Assembly (NCBI GenBank): GCA_964514175.1
Contig: CAZEPQ010000001.1
Span: 1-56,067 of the forward strand
DNA length: 56,067 bases
Direction: 5' to 3'
From: an uncultured Oscillospiraceae bacterium
Lineage (GTDB): Bacteria; Bacillota; Clostridia; Oscillospirales; Oscillospiraceae
Part shown: positions 10,086-19,504 of the stretch, piece after piece
Position numbering within the stretch: position 1 is the first letter of the stretch
How the letters are laid out: each line of letters begins with the position of its first letter
Notes under the pieces: model-generated
Database searches by the model: none
What the model was told of the DNA's origin: nothing
Seen by the model: the letters and a program-made list of their open reading frames with translations, nothing else
Program-made: the position numbers and the translations under genes

Positions 10086-11861
10086 TCATCTTGCAAGGAA
10101 ACGGTCGTAAGCGTCCTGATAAATCTGGACGATGTCTTCCAGCCCCATTTCCACAAGCTGCTGACGGAATGCATCGTATTCGTCCATGCTGTTGGCACCG
10201 GTGATGAACTTCAGAATGTTCTCGGTGAGCATAGTGCTGATATCGCTGAACACTGCTGCATAGGTGTCGCTTTCCTCAGAGGTCAGAGAAACGAAATCCA
10301 CCGGGTAGGAATAGTTCTCTTCGATTGCAACATTCCATGCGTCGGCGAACGCCTGCTCCTGCTCAGTGAAGGTGTCCACATAGCGGGTGTAGTCTTCCAT
10401 GAAGGCGCCATACTGGAGGGTGTAGATATACACAGCGTTATCCATGGTCATGCCTTCGGCGTTATTGGTAATCACGTCGGTGAAATGAGGGACACCGTCG
10501 GCATCATAGGTAAAGGATACATCCTCCACACCGTAGTTGGCGAGCAGAGAACCGGCGGGGGAGAAGAAGTAGTCCAGGCAGGTGAGCAGGGACTCAAGCT
10601 CCTCGGCAGTAGCGGAAACAGTCCAGTGGTTTACTGCTGCCAGAGCCTGACCGCCTTCATAATCGAAGTCGTAGGCCTGACCGAAGTGGAGGGCGTCGCC
10701 CTCGTTGATAACAGGCTGGGGAGCGGGAGAAAGCTGGAATCCTTCGGTAGCGGACTGCTCATTGTAGGTACTCAGCATGGAGGAAGCGGAGTAGAAGTAA
10801 CCGGTTTCGCCGTTGATAATAGACTGGGTGCACATCTGGAACATGGAGATGCTCTCAATGTCCTGCACGATGAGACCCTCGCTATACCACTGGGACAGCA
10901 TGGTGAGATAATCCACATACTCATCCTCCAGCATAGCAAAGCGAACCTCGCCATCCACCACGTACAGGGGGAGGCTGACCTTGGGGTCGGTGGTCATATA
11001 ACCGTTAATGCCATAGCCCCAACCGAAGGAGCCCATGGACCAGGTGCCGGAGTTGTTCAGAAGCATGGGGGAAACAGCGCCCTTTTCACTCTTGAAGGCG
11101 GCTAACACATCATGGACCTCCTCATAGGTGGAGGGGATCTCAAGGTTCAGCTCGTCCAGCCAGTCCTGACGGATCATCATGCCTTCGCCGGCGGAGTTGT
11201 TTGTACGGATCATGTACAGTGCGGCGACATAGCCCTCGTCAGTGGTCAGAGCCTTCTTGATCATTTCATTGGTATTGATAGCGGTCATATAGTTCTGGCA
11301 GGAATCCATGTAATCCATAAAGTTTACAAAGATCTCGTCCTCAATGGCAGAGGTAACGCTGCCATTGTAATAACTCAGACCGTTGTCGGTGATGTCAGGG
11401 ATATCGCCGGCAGCCAGCAGCAGATTGAAATTTTCGGCTGCGGCGGAGGGATGGGAGTTGTTAAACTCTACCTGGATTCCAGTGCGACTCGTCCATTCCT
11501 GGATGACCTGATTGTCCTCGTATCCGTCAATAAAGCTGGATACGCCGGGGTTCAGACCCACGAGGAAGGTGTAGGTGGGGGAGTCTGTGATAATGGGGAG
11601 CTCATAATCGAACAGAGCAGGGATTTCCTCCACCGGGGTCTCCTCAGCAGGAGTCTCTTCGGCGGAAGACTCTTCGGCAGGTGCTTCCACGGCGGGCTCT
11701 TCCACGGCAGGCGCTTCCTCAGTAGCCTCCTGGGTGGAGACCTCAGCATCTGCAGCAGACTCAGCAGACGTGGAGCTTTCTGAAACAGTCTGACTACCGC
11801 AAGCGGCAAAACTGAAGATCAGAACGGCTGCCAGAAGCAGAGCTAGAATTCTGGATTTCAT
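10086..11861 (-). CDS. large extracellular solute-binding lipoprotein (ABC family-1), orphan
   Basis: MKSRILALLLAAVLIFSFAACGS lipobox, a ~60 aa acidic Glu/Ala/Pro linker, 591 aa. AAGGAGG RBS. Confidence 0.85.
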   Translation of the reverse strand: MKSRILALLLAAVLIFSFAACGSQTVSESSTSAESAADAEVSTQEATEEAPAVEEPAVEAPAEESSAEETPAEETPVEEIPALFDYELPIITDSPTYTFLVGLNPGVSSFIDGYEDNQVIQEWTSRTGIQVEFNNSHPSAAAENFNLLLAAGDIPDITDNGLSYYNGSVTSAIEDEIFVNFMDYMDSCQNYMTAINTNEMIKKALTTDEGYVAALYMIRTNNSAGEGMMIRQDWLDELNLEIPSTYEEVHDVLAAFKSEKGAVSPMLLNNSGTWSMGSFGWGYGINGYMTTDPKVSLPLYVVDGEVRFAMLEDEYVDYLTMLSQWYSEGLIVQDIESISMFQMCTQSIINGETGYFYSASSMLSTYNEQSATEGFQLSPAPQPVINEGDALHFGQAYDFDYEGGQALAAVNHWTVSATAEELESLLTCLDYFFSPAGSLLANYGVEDVSFTYDADGVPHFTDVITNNAEGMTMDNAVYIYTLQYGAFMEDYTRYVDTFTEQEQAFADAWNVAIEENYSYPVDFVSLTSEESDTYAAVFSDISTMLTENILKFITGANSMDEYDAFRQQLVEMGLEDIVQIYQDAYDRFLAR

Positions 11862-11910
11862 TGTAGTACCTCCTTGAAATTTGTATTCTATAAATGAATT
11901 ATAGACAGGT

Positions 11911-13398
11911 TCAAAGCGACGAGATATACTCTGCCGCGTTTTCTCCGGCCATAAAGCTGGAGTTCAAAGCCCAGGTCAACGATGTCATGCCCAGCCAACC
12001 CAGTTCGCTACACCAACCGCTGGCACTGTCGCCGGAGGCGTAAAGGCCGGGGATCGGTGTACGCCAGTCGTCCCGGATGACCTGCATCTTCTCGTCAATG
12101 GAGATGCCACCATGGGTACACTGATTAAACCTCATCATTTTCATGGCATAGAAGGGTGCGGTTTTGACCGGGCAGCGAAGATACTGGGGATCCTTGTACA
12201 TCTCTTCATCAACGCCGTTTTCGCAGTAGCGGTTGTAGTTGTCCAATGTGGTCTTCAGCACCTTGGAATCACAGCCGATAAAGGCGGCGAGTTCCTCAAT
12301 GGTTTCTGCACGGCAAATTCCGTTGACCTTCTTCATGCCGTGGAAATCCGTAGAGCCGGCAGCGATGGTTTCCTCCAAGTCCTTGCGGAGGGTAACCATG
12401 CGAGGGATCTCCTTCTCGTTGGGGACATAGCGCTTGTTGAGACGAAGCTCCTCCACGAGGGGTTCAATGGCGGCATCATCAAAGATTGCATAGCAGGTGG
12501 CATCAGGCTGATTGGCAGCGGCGAAATAACCATCATTGCCCAAAACCTCGGGCATGAATCTACGGCCCATCTTGTTTACTACAACGGAAAGGGGATTCAG
12601 CGCAGCCTCGCTGATACTCATGGGGCCGTGATGCGAGGGACCACCCACGACAATATCCACATGGGGATCCGGCCTGGAGCCTGCAGCCAGAGCCATTTTG
12701 ATTCCGTCACCGGTATAGGTGTGGAAGTTGATATCCATCTCCCAAGGCTTCTCCGGATCAAAGAATCTTGCACAGTATTTTTTCTTCATCTCACTGTCAT
12801 CACAGAAGCCGCCAGCAGCAATGATTACTGCCTTGGCCTCAATGGACAGCTCCTCACCATCCTTTGTGGTGGCGGTGGCACCAATGACTGTGCCATTCTC
12901 GTCCTGAATCAGAGTTTTTGCCGGGGTTTCCAGCAGGATCTGAATACCGCGCTCTTTTGCCTGTGCAGTGACCTCGTCAATAATTGCGTCGCCCATATTC
13001 TCGGTCTTTTTGCTGTTGCGCTTGACGTAGCCGTTCTTCAGCAGGAAACAGCGGTCACGCTCCGGGACAATGTCTGCAACGATACCCTTGGACTCCACCC
13101 ATTCCATAAAACGGCCAGATACCTCAACAAAAGCGCGAACCACGTGGGCATCTGCGGCCCAGCCGGACTTTTCCATAATCTCTGTGAAGAGAACACCCTT
13201 TGTGTGGTAGCAGTTCATTTCCTTCTGGCGTTTTGTCTCCACAGCACTGACGCCGCAGGCCATGACGCTGACACCGCCGACACGCTTCTGCTTTTCCAGA
13301 ACAACAATGTCATTCACGCCGCACTCGCTGGCCCTCAGCGCGCCGATAAGTCCGGCTCCGGCGCCGATGACCAGAAGATCTGTCTTCATCGTTTTCAT
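11911..13398 (-). CDS. FAD-dependent oxidoreductase (FAD_binding_2: fumarate reductase / 3-ketosteroid dehydrogenase / urocanate reductase type)
   Basis: DLLVIGAGAGLIGALRASECGVNDIVVLEK dinucleotide fold and C-terminal PIPGLYASGDSASGW flavin motif. 495 aa with no signal peptide. GGAGG RBS. Confidence 0.8.
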   Translation of the reverse strand: MKTMKTDLLVIGAGAGLIGALRASECGVNDIVVLEKQKRVGGVSVMACGVSAVETKRQKEMNCYHTKGVLFTEIMEKSGWAADAHVVRAFVEVSGRFMEWVESKGIVADIVPERDRCFLLKNGYVKRNSKKTENMGDAIIDEVTAQAKERGIQILLETPAKTLIQDENGTVIGATATTKDGEELSIEAKAVIIAAGGFCDDSEMKKKYCARFFDPEKPWEMDINFHTYTGDGIKMALAAGSRPDPHVDIVVGGPSHHGPMSISEAALNPLSVVVNKMGRRFMPEVLGNDGYFAAANQPDATCYAIFDDAAIEPLVEELRLNKRYVPNEKEIPRMVTLRKDLEETIAAGSTDFHGMKKVNGICRAETIEELAAFIGCDSKVLKTTLDNYNRYCENGVDEEMYKDPQYLRCPVKTAPFYAMKMMRFNQCTHGGISIDEKMQVIRDDWRTPIPGLYASGDSASGWCSELGWLGMTSLTWALNSSFMAGENAAEYISSL

Positions 13399-13431
13399 GT
13401 GATTGCCTCCATTTCTGTTACAATTGCATCC

Positions 13432-15477
13432 TTATGGCAGGATCATTAGGTTTCCACAATAGGTTTTACCGGGAGTGATCTCAACGGCAGTACCGTCCAC
13501 ATACATTTTGCCGTTGATCTTACAGTCCGCACCGAGCTCCAGACGGCTGAGGTAGGATACCTTCGTGGGACTCCATGTGCTCTTGTTCTCCAGAACAAGG
13601 ATCATTCCGTTGCTTACTGTGGGCGCAGGCTCCGCCGCGACATTACCAATTTCGTAGTAAGTGTCCTGTGTGATTTGCTGGCCCGGGGCAACGTTGATAT
13701 GGAACTGTGTCGCGGAAGAAATGCAGCCGTGAATCTGAACCGCATCGCCATGTACGCACAGATTTTGGCCGACCTTCCAACGGGAGTTATAAATGTCCCC
13801 CTGCAATGCCATGTCTGCAAACCGGACGTGCAGGGTGTATTCGGCGTCCGGATCAGAGACGTCCAGATCGGTTTTTACAGGGATCACCTCAGGAATCGTG
13901 AAGCCTGTGAGATTTGGATTACCTGCATCGTCACTTTCCATCAGGTGCAGCAGTACGCCATTTTCGCTGGAAAGCTTTGCACCGGAAGCCTGAATCCTTG
14001 TGGTGACCTCTTTCCCGGGCATGCTCTTGATCAGGAATACTGCCTGCCCGCTGTGAAACTCGGTTCCGGGTTCAAGGGTACAGTGGCCGCCCTGATTGCT
14101 GTGAATAAGGACTGCATTTTTTCGGGCATGAATCACTGTGGGAGCGTTGCGGCGATCCTCCGGGATTTCCGGATAGAGCTTGCCTGTATTTTCTTCGCTA
14201 GCAGGACCGAAGGTGCTTCCACAGAAGCCGCCGCCGATGACAACACCGTAGCTGGGAACAGTGATGGTTGTTCCGTAGAAGTAATCCTCCACACCCATAT
14301 CGCAATAGGCACCGTAGCCGCTTTCTCCGGTGATTGTGGCGGTTGTGTTGATGCAGGTCAGCTTTGATCCACGCCAGGAACCGTCGGTGGATAAAGCACC
14401 CCAGTTTTCGCTGAAAATATCGCAGTTGAGATATGTGCCGTTTGCCCATTCCAGCAGATTTGTGGTACGAAGATTTCCTTTGAGTCCCAGCGGCCAGGGG
14501 ACCTTGTTCATAACACCCACCGGGAAATCCGTGGTTGGGCCATCGTGGCCGTGGATCGTTACATTCTTTATCAGTGCGCTACAGTGACCACCAAGCCAGA
14601 TACCGGTACGGATAGAGCCAATGGTGTCAATCCGGGCGCCGTCTACGATGACTTCAGAGTCTCCGGTGACCATGATGCCAGCACCGTAGCCCGCAAAGTC
14701 GTCTCCGCCGTGACCATCCAAATCCAGCGTGGTGTTTTTTAATTCATATCTGGAGTTGTCGATTACGATGGGATTGAAGTAATCGTTGTGGGAGTGTATG
14801 ACCAAATTCTGGGACTGATCTGCATCGAATCTACCGTCGCAAATTGCCGCATTGACAGAACTACTTCCCACCTTTCCGTCCTGGATACAAAGGGCGGTCC
14901 GGGCCTCATACATATCAAACATGTGTGTAATCTCGTAGCTGGGGACAACAGAGAAACAGACATTTCCGGTGTAGGTTTTCCCGGCCTCAATCCGGGTTTC
15001 GATGCCGTCAACCGTCAGCGTTACCTGCTTGCCGGCAGGGGCAGCAATAAAGTGATTCTCCGGAACGGTATACCGATCACAGCAGAAAGAATCCTGCAGC
15101 AGAATCAGCCCCTGCTTCTGCATTTCGTCATAGCAAATTCCGGCGGCTTCATCCCGGGTCATTTCCCCTTGTGGCATGCGAAATTCTGGCAGAAGCAGCC
15201 GGACGGCAGCTTCCATGGCGGGGATGTCGGCAGGGGCTTCCGGAGCAAACTGATACGCCTCTCCTGCTTTGATCGCAGAGATCAACTTGAAATTGTACAG
15301 GAACCTGGCAGCCTCTTTGTTTTTGATCTGCGGATAGTCCTTGAGCACGTCTAGCTTTGCCGGCGGTACCGGCGGAGCGCCGGGCGGAATCATGGGACCG
15401 TCTCCCATAACGCCGCATCCGCCTGCGGCAAAGAGCATTGCGGCGCGGAGTATACGAAACAATCGTTTTTTCTTCAT
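13432..15477 (-). CDS. secreted/lipoprotein-like parallel beta-helix repeat protein, paralog P1 (681 aa), function unknown
   Basis: N-terminal MKKKRLFRILRAAMLFAAGGCG is a signal with a weak lipobox. Periodic Gly/Asn/Thr-rich ~22-25 aa repeats. LDGHGGDDFAGYGAGIMV motif is shared with the protein at 38788-40245. AAGGAGG RBS. Confidence 0.55.
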   Translation of the reverse strand: MKKKRLFRILRAAMLFAAGGCGVMGDGPMIPPGAPPVPPAKLDVLKDYPQIKNKEAARFLYNFKLISAIKAGEAYQFAPEAPADIPAMEAAVRLLLPEFRMPQGEMTRDEAAGICYDEMQKQGLILLQDSFCCDRYTVPENHFIAAPAGKQVTLTVDGIETRIEAGKTYTGNVCFSVVPSYEITHMFDMYEARTALCIQDGKVGSSSVNAAICDGRFDADQSQNLVIHSHNDYFNPIVIDNSRYELKNTTLDLDGHGGDDFAGYGAGIMVTGDSEVIVDGARIDTIGSIRTGIWLGGHCSALIKNVTIHGHDGPTTDFPVGVMNKVPWPLGLKGNLRTTNLLEWANGTYLNCDIFSENWGALSTDGSWRGSKLTCINTTATITGESGYGAYCDMGVEDYFYGTTITVPSYGVVIGGGFCGSTFGPASEENTGKLYPEIPEDRRNAPTVIHARKNAVLIHSNQGGHCTLEPGTEFHSGQAVFLIKSMPGKEVTTRIQASGAKLSSENGVLLHLMESDDAGNPNLTGFTIPEVIPVKTDLDVSDPDAEYTLHVRFADMALQGDIYNSRWKVGQNLCVHGDAVQIHGCISSATQFHINVAPGQQITQDTYYEIGNVAAEPAPTVSNGMILVLENKSTWSPTKVSYLSRLELGADCKINGKMYVDGTAVEITPGKTYCGNLMILP

Positions 15478-15596
15478 TATAGTCCTCCTTTTAATTTAAT
15501 TATAGCAAACCCTGTTTCATTTGTATTTGTTCTGTGATACAATAATTAAGGAGAATCCGATAAATTATTGTGACCGCAGACCAAGGAGGGGTAGGG

Positions 15597-16793
15597 ATGC
15601 TGAAAGAGAAGCAACTGGCGCTGTACCGCGCACTAAACTTTGAAAACCTCGAACAGCTTTTGACCTGCGCAAAAGAAAACTTTGATGACAGCGTGTATAT
15701 ATTGGACGGAAATCTAAACCCGCTTCTGGCAAGTCAGATTCTGGCCATAGAGCAAGATCGACCTCTGATCCGAAAACTGCATCCCCTGGACAGAATGTCC
15801 CCGCATCAGCCCGTTGTGGAAACTGACCGGGATGGACGGAAATGGATCATTGGCGCGGTATATCGGCAGAGCATTCCGGTGATCATTGTTGCGGCCTATC
15901 GATGTGATAGCTGGGACAAGGATTGTCTTCCGCTTTGCCATACCCTACTTGAAACGTTGGATCTGTGGCTTTCGGCGCAAAGTCCGAGGAATATGCTGTA
16001 CAGAAGGACAAGCAGTGTGTATATTAATTTCTTCACAGAGCTTCTGTATGAGAAAATCGTCAATCGGGACCTGCTACATCAGCGACTGCAGCAGATGTCC
16101 TTCACGCCTCCGGAAGAATTCTGTATCATGCTGATTGACTTTCAGGCCCATGAGACTATGGATGTCTCCTCTGCCCTTGCGGCTGAATTTGTAACGGAGC
16201 TGCTGGATTGTCCCATGTTCTGTTTTCACAACAATAACTTGATATTCCTGGTGGATACCACCACAAAAGCCCCGTGGAGAGATGAAATTGAGAAAGATCT
16301 GAGTATGCGTCTGTCCCGCTTCGGGCTGCAAGCCAGTTGCAGCCTCAGCTGTACCGATCTGTTCCTGATTCCAAATGCCTTTTCAGATGCCCAACGGACA
16401 CTGGATCTGGGACGCCGTCTGCGACCGGAGGTGGAACTGTACTTTGCTGCAAGATACATGACATACGTTATGTTGGATTTGGCCTCGCAGCAGTTGACCA
16501 TCACAAAGAGTATCAACCCTGCTATGCTGACGATTCTGGAATATGATCGGAAACATGGAACCAATCTTATGATGACGCTGTATGCCTATCTCAGACATAT
16601 GCGCAATCCCGAAGCAGCGGCCAGACAACTAAAAATACATAAGAACACGTTCTATTACAGAATGGGGATCATCAGGCAGTTTCTGGATGCTCCCTCTCTG
16701 GATGACGGAGAGATGATCATGCAGCTGATGATGTCTTTCCACATTATGTTTTTCAACGGTATGATCTCTCCACTGCCAGATTCCAATATTTGA
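15597..16793 (+). CDS. PucR/CdaR-family transcriptional regulator
   Basis: C-terminal PucR-type HTH LYAYLRHMRNPEAAARQLKIHKNTFYYRMGIIRQFL. AGGAGG sits upstream of the ATG at 15597. Divergent from the beta-helix operon. Confidence 0.75.
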   Translation: MLKEKQLALYRALNFENLEQLLTCAKENFDDSVYILDGNLNPLLASQILAIEQDRPLIRKLHPLDRMSPHQPVVETDRDGRKWIIGAVYRQSIPVIIVAAYRCDSWDKDCLPLCHTLLETLDLWLSAQSPRNMLYRRTSSVYINFFTELLYEKIVNRDLLHQRLQQMSFTPPEEFCIMLIDFQAHETMDVSSALAAEFVTELLDCPMFCFHNNNLIFLVDTTTKAPWRDEIEKDLSMRLSRFGLQASCSLSCTDLFLIPNAFSDAQRTLDLGRRLRPEVELYFAARYMTYVMLDLASQQLTITKSINPAMLTILEYDRKHGTNLMMTLYAYLRHMRNPEAAARQLKIHKNTFYYRMGIIRQFLDAPSLDDGEMIMQLMMSFHIMFFNGMISPLPDSNI

Positions 16794-16796
16794 AAC

Positions 16797-16835
16797 AAAC
16801 AGACCGTTCTGACTGTGTGTCGGAACGGTCTGTTT
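16797..16835 (+). terminator. hairpin terminator after the PucR gene
   Basis: 13-bp stem aaacagaccgttc / gaacggtctgttt directly after the stop codon. Short T tract. Confidence 0.5.
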
Positions 16836-17368
16836 GAATGACGGGCGGAGCCGGAGGCCTAGACGGAAAACCTAGGGGTATCTGATGTCAGAATCAACCT
16901 GTGCGGTCAAAGCCGAATACCGACTTTTCAAATTTATGATGTTGAAAAACAGCAAAGAAGATATTTTGACCCCTCCCATGACCAATAGTCACGGACTTCC
17001 AACGCACGCTTACGCGTGAATGCCTGCTTTAGGCAGGCGGACTACCTTTCCACCGTACGACCTCAACTCAGTAGCTGACAGGTTTCCGCCGCCAACACCG
17101 CATTGAGGTTAACATAATATTTGCATAGTAACGTCTTATTTATTATCCATGGTTTCTATAATTTTCCTCAGATCATTTTTTGATTTAGGGCCAATTGTAT
17201 AATCAAGTTGAACATTGAATGGAAAACCCATAGGGGTCTCTCTCGTGGTAGAATGTAGTCGACCAAAACAACATCACCAAGGAGAGATTGCCCTATGGAT
17301 CAGTTGGATTATACTCCAAAACCGGAGCGCGGTAAACACCTTTCCTAGCCATTTTTTAGAAACACAGC

Positions 17369-17412
17369 AAAAAACCTCGAAGCATATCAATCAAGAATGC
17401 TTCGAGGCTTTT
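17369..17412 (-). terminator. rho-independent terminator of the minus-strand NTF2/SBP/OYE operon
   Basis: 11-bp stem cctcgaagcat / atgcttcgagg followed on the minus strand by TTTTTT. Lies 90 nt downstream of the OYE-like stop. Confidence 0.7.
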
Positions 17413-17501
17413 CCTGTCTAATTCTTAGCTACACCTCGGCTTCTGCTTCTGGCTGCAGCTCTCTGCTCCGAAATCCCCAGAACAGCGCTTTCCCGACTCC
17501 G

Positions 17502-19490
17502 TCAGATCTGGGCTGCGGCAGAGAAGGCCCCTCTTGTACATGTGTGAATATTCCCCACCCGATTGCAGTCGCCAATGGCAAAGAACTGGTCGGCACAACC
17601 GGCAAACGCTACGGCCTCCTGCTGTAAGGGCCGCATTCCGCCGCAGGCCACAACGGAGTCTCCTTCCACGGTCACTTCCACGCCATCTGCATCCAGATAG
17701 GTGACAGTCCGGTCTGTAACCGCCACAGTCTTCGCATGGGTAATCGCCCGAAGCTGCTTCTGCTCCCTAAGAGCATTCTCCAGCCCACTGTAATAGTGCG
17801 AGAACTGAGCGTCGGTTGCCAGGCGCTCCCGGCGGGTAAGAATCGTAACCTGATGGCCGCACTGGGCCAGATACAGGGCTGTCTCCGTGGCGGACTCAGA
17901 GCCGCCCACCACGATCACGTGGCTTCCAAGGGCAGCCTCCCCGCCGAAAACAGCTATGTGCGTCAGAACGTCCGCGGAATTCGCACCCTGAACGGCAGGC
18001 TTCTTGGGAACTGCACCGACTGCGGCAATCACCGCATCATAGCCCATGGCCTGAATTTCCCCAGGCGAGGCTTCTTTTCCAAGGTATACAGTGACCCCCT
18101 GCTTCTCCATCTGCTTCTCCAGGTATTCCCGGAATCGGCGAATGGGCCACTTGAACTTTGCGTAGTCCGCATGGAGCATTTGGCCTCCAAGCTTTTCCGT
18201 CTTTTCATAGAGGTCTACCAGATGCCCTCGTTTGCGACATTCCAATGCAGCCCACATACCGGCAGGACCGCCGCCGATCACAGCCACCCTCTTGGGTTCA
18301 GAGCTGTCCGGGATCATCCGGTCGATCTTATGCTCAAGGCCCATAGTCGGGTTGACATAACAAATAACATTATCACGGCAGTGGCAACGATTACACTTGA
18401 GACAGGGCACCACGTCCTCTCCCCGGCCCTGCTTAAGCTTTTCACCATACTCCGGATCACAGATAAAGGCTCTTGCCACAGCAATCAGGTCTGCCCTTCC
18501 CTGGGCAATACATTCCTCCATAAAGGCGGGATCCTGGAAGCCGCCGTTGGGAGCTGTAAGGATATTGATACCGGCCTTCTTAACGGCCTCAGAGTACCGC
18601 AGCGTCAGGGGTTCCTGCTCCTCGGTATAGTTCAGGCCCGTGGGATGGGCCAGATCCATATCCGGGGCACGGAGCTGCAAAATATCTACCAGGCCTTCCC
18701 AGCCCTTGCAGTACCCCAGGAAATCCTCCAGGGTATATCCGCCCAGTTCCTCACCGGAAACCTGGGCCTCAATGAGAAAGTCCTGACCGCAAAGTTCCTT
18801 CACCCGACCAAATACGGCCTGGGTCAAAGCCAGCTTGTCCCCATACTTGTCCGTACGGCGGTTATGCACCGGAGAAAGGGATTTGGCCAGCAGGGAATTC
18901 CCGTAGGACATATAGAAGCAGACCATGTCAAAGCCCATCTGATAGAATGCATAGGCCTTCTGGGCCAGCAGCTCCACCAGATGATCCAGTTCCTCCGTAC
19001 TTGCCACATGGGTCTTCATGGGCGGACCCATCATTGGACGCCCCGCCGGCATCTCTGACAGAGTCAGATTCCTCGGCTCAATGCCCATCATAGAAGCAGA
19101 TGCCAGAGAGCCATAGAAATGGATCTCGTCCGTCATATGGGAGTAGTATAGCTTACATCCCCGGGTCTCCGCCTCCAGGTTTCCCATGCCTGGGCCGCCA
19201 AAGCTGCCAACGCCCCAGATATCCGGGCCGGCAGGGCCACCGGGACCGGGGCCCATTCCTCCGCCGGCATCTCCAAAGAAGGGATCACTTTTCCAGTCGG
19301 CGCCCTGACAGGTCACCACCGCGGCCCCGGACCGGGCCAACTGGGCCATATGGGTAATCATTGCCTCGCCGGGATAGTTCTCATCTCCCTGGAATGCGCC
19401 GGAGACACTGCGGGTCACAAGCAGACGGTTTTTCAGCAGCCGTCCTCCCACCAGAATGGGAGAAAGCAAATTCTTATATTCAGGTGCCAT
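17502..19490 (-). CDS. atypical OYE-like / 2,4-dienoyl-CoA-reductase-type Fe-S flavoprotein (OYE1)
   Basis: N-terminal TIM-barrel OYE signature LLSPILVGGRLLKNRL. Cys cluster CLKCNRCHCRDNVICYVNP (4Fe-4S). VAVIGGGPAGMWAALE and VVGGSESATETAL dinucleotide folds. AAGGA sits upstream of the ATG at 19490. The ORF-track start at 19550 would overlap a hairpin. Confidence 0.85.
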   Translation of the reverse strand: MAPEYKNLLSPILVGGRLLKNRLLVTRSVSGAFQGDENYPGEAMITHMAQLARSGAAVVTCQGADWKSDPFFGDAGGGMGPGPGGPAGPDIWGVGSFGGPGMGNLEAETRGCKLYYSHMTDEIHFYGSLASASMMGIEPRNLTLSEMPAGRPMMGPPMKTHVASTEELDHLVELLAQKAYAFYQMGFDMVCFYMSYGNSLLAKSLSPVHNRRTDKYGDKLALTQAVFGRVKELCGQDFLIEAQVSGEELGGYTLEDFLGYCKGWEGLVDILQLRAPDMDLAHPTGLNYTEEQEPLTLRYSEAVKKAGINILTAPNGGFQDPAFMEECIAQGRADLIAVARAFICDPEYGEKLKQGRGEDVVPCLKCNRCHCRDNVICYVNPTMGLEHKIDRMIPDSSEPKRVAVIGGGPAGMWAALECRKRGHLVDLYEKTEKLGGQMLHADYAKFKWPIRRFREYLEKQMEKQGVTVYLGKEASPGEIQAMGYDAVIAAVGAVPKKPAVQGANSADVLTHIAVFGGEAALGSHVIVVGGSESATETALYLAQCGHQVTILTRRERLATDAQFSHYYSGLENALREQKQLRAITHAKTVAVTDRTVTYLDADGVEVTVEGDSVVACGGMRPLQQEAVAFAGCADQFFAIGDCNRVGNIHTCTRGAFSAAAQI

Positions 19491-19504
19491 ATTCTCGTCC
19501 TTTC

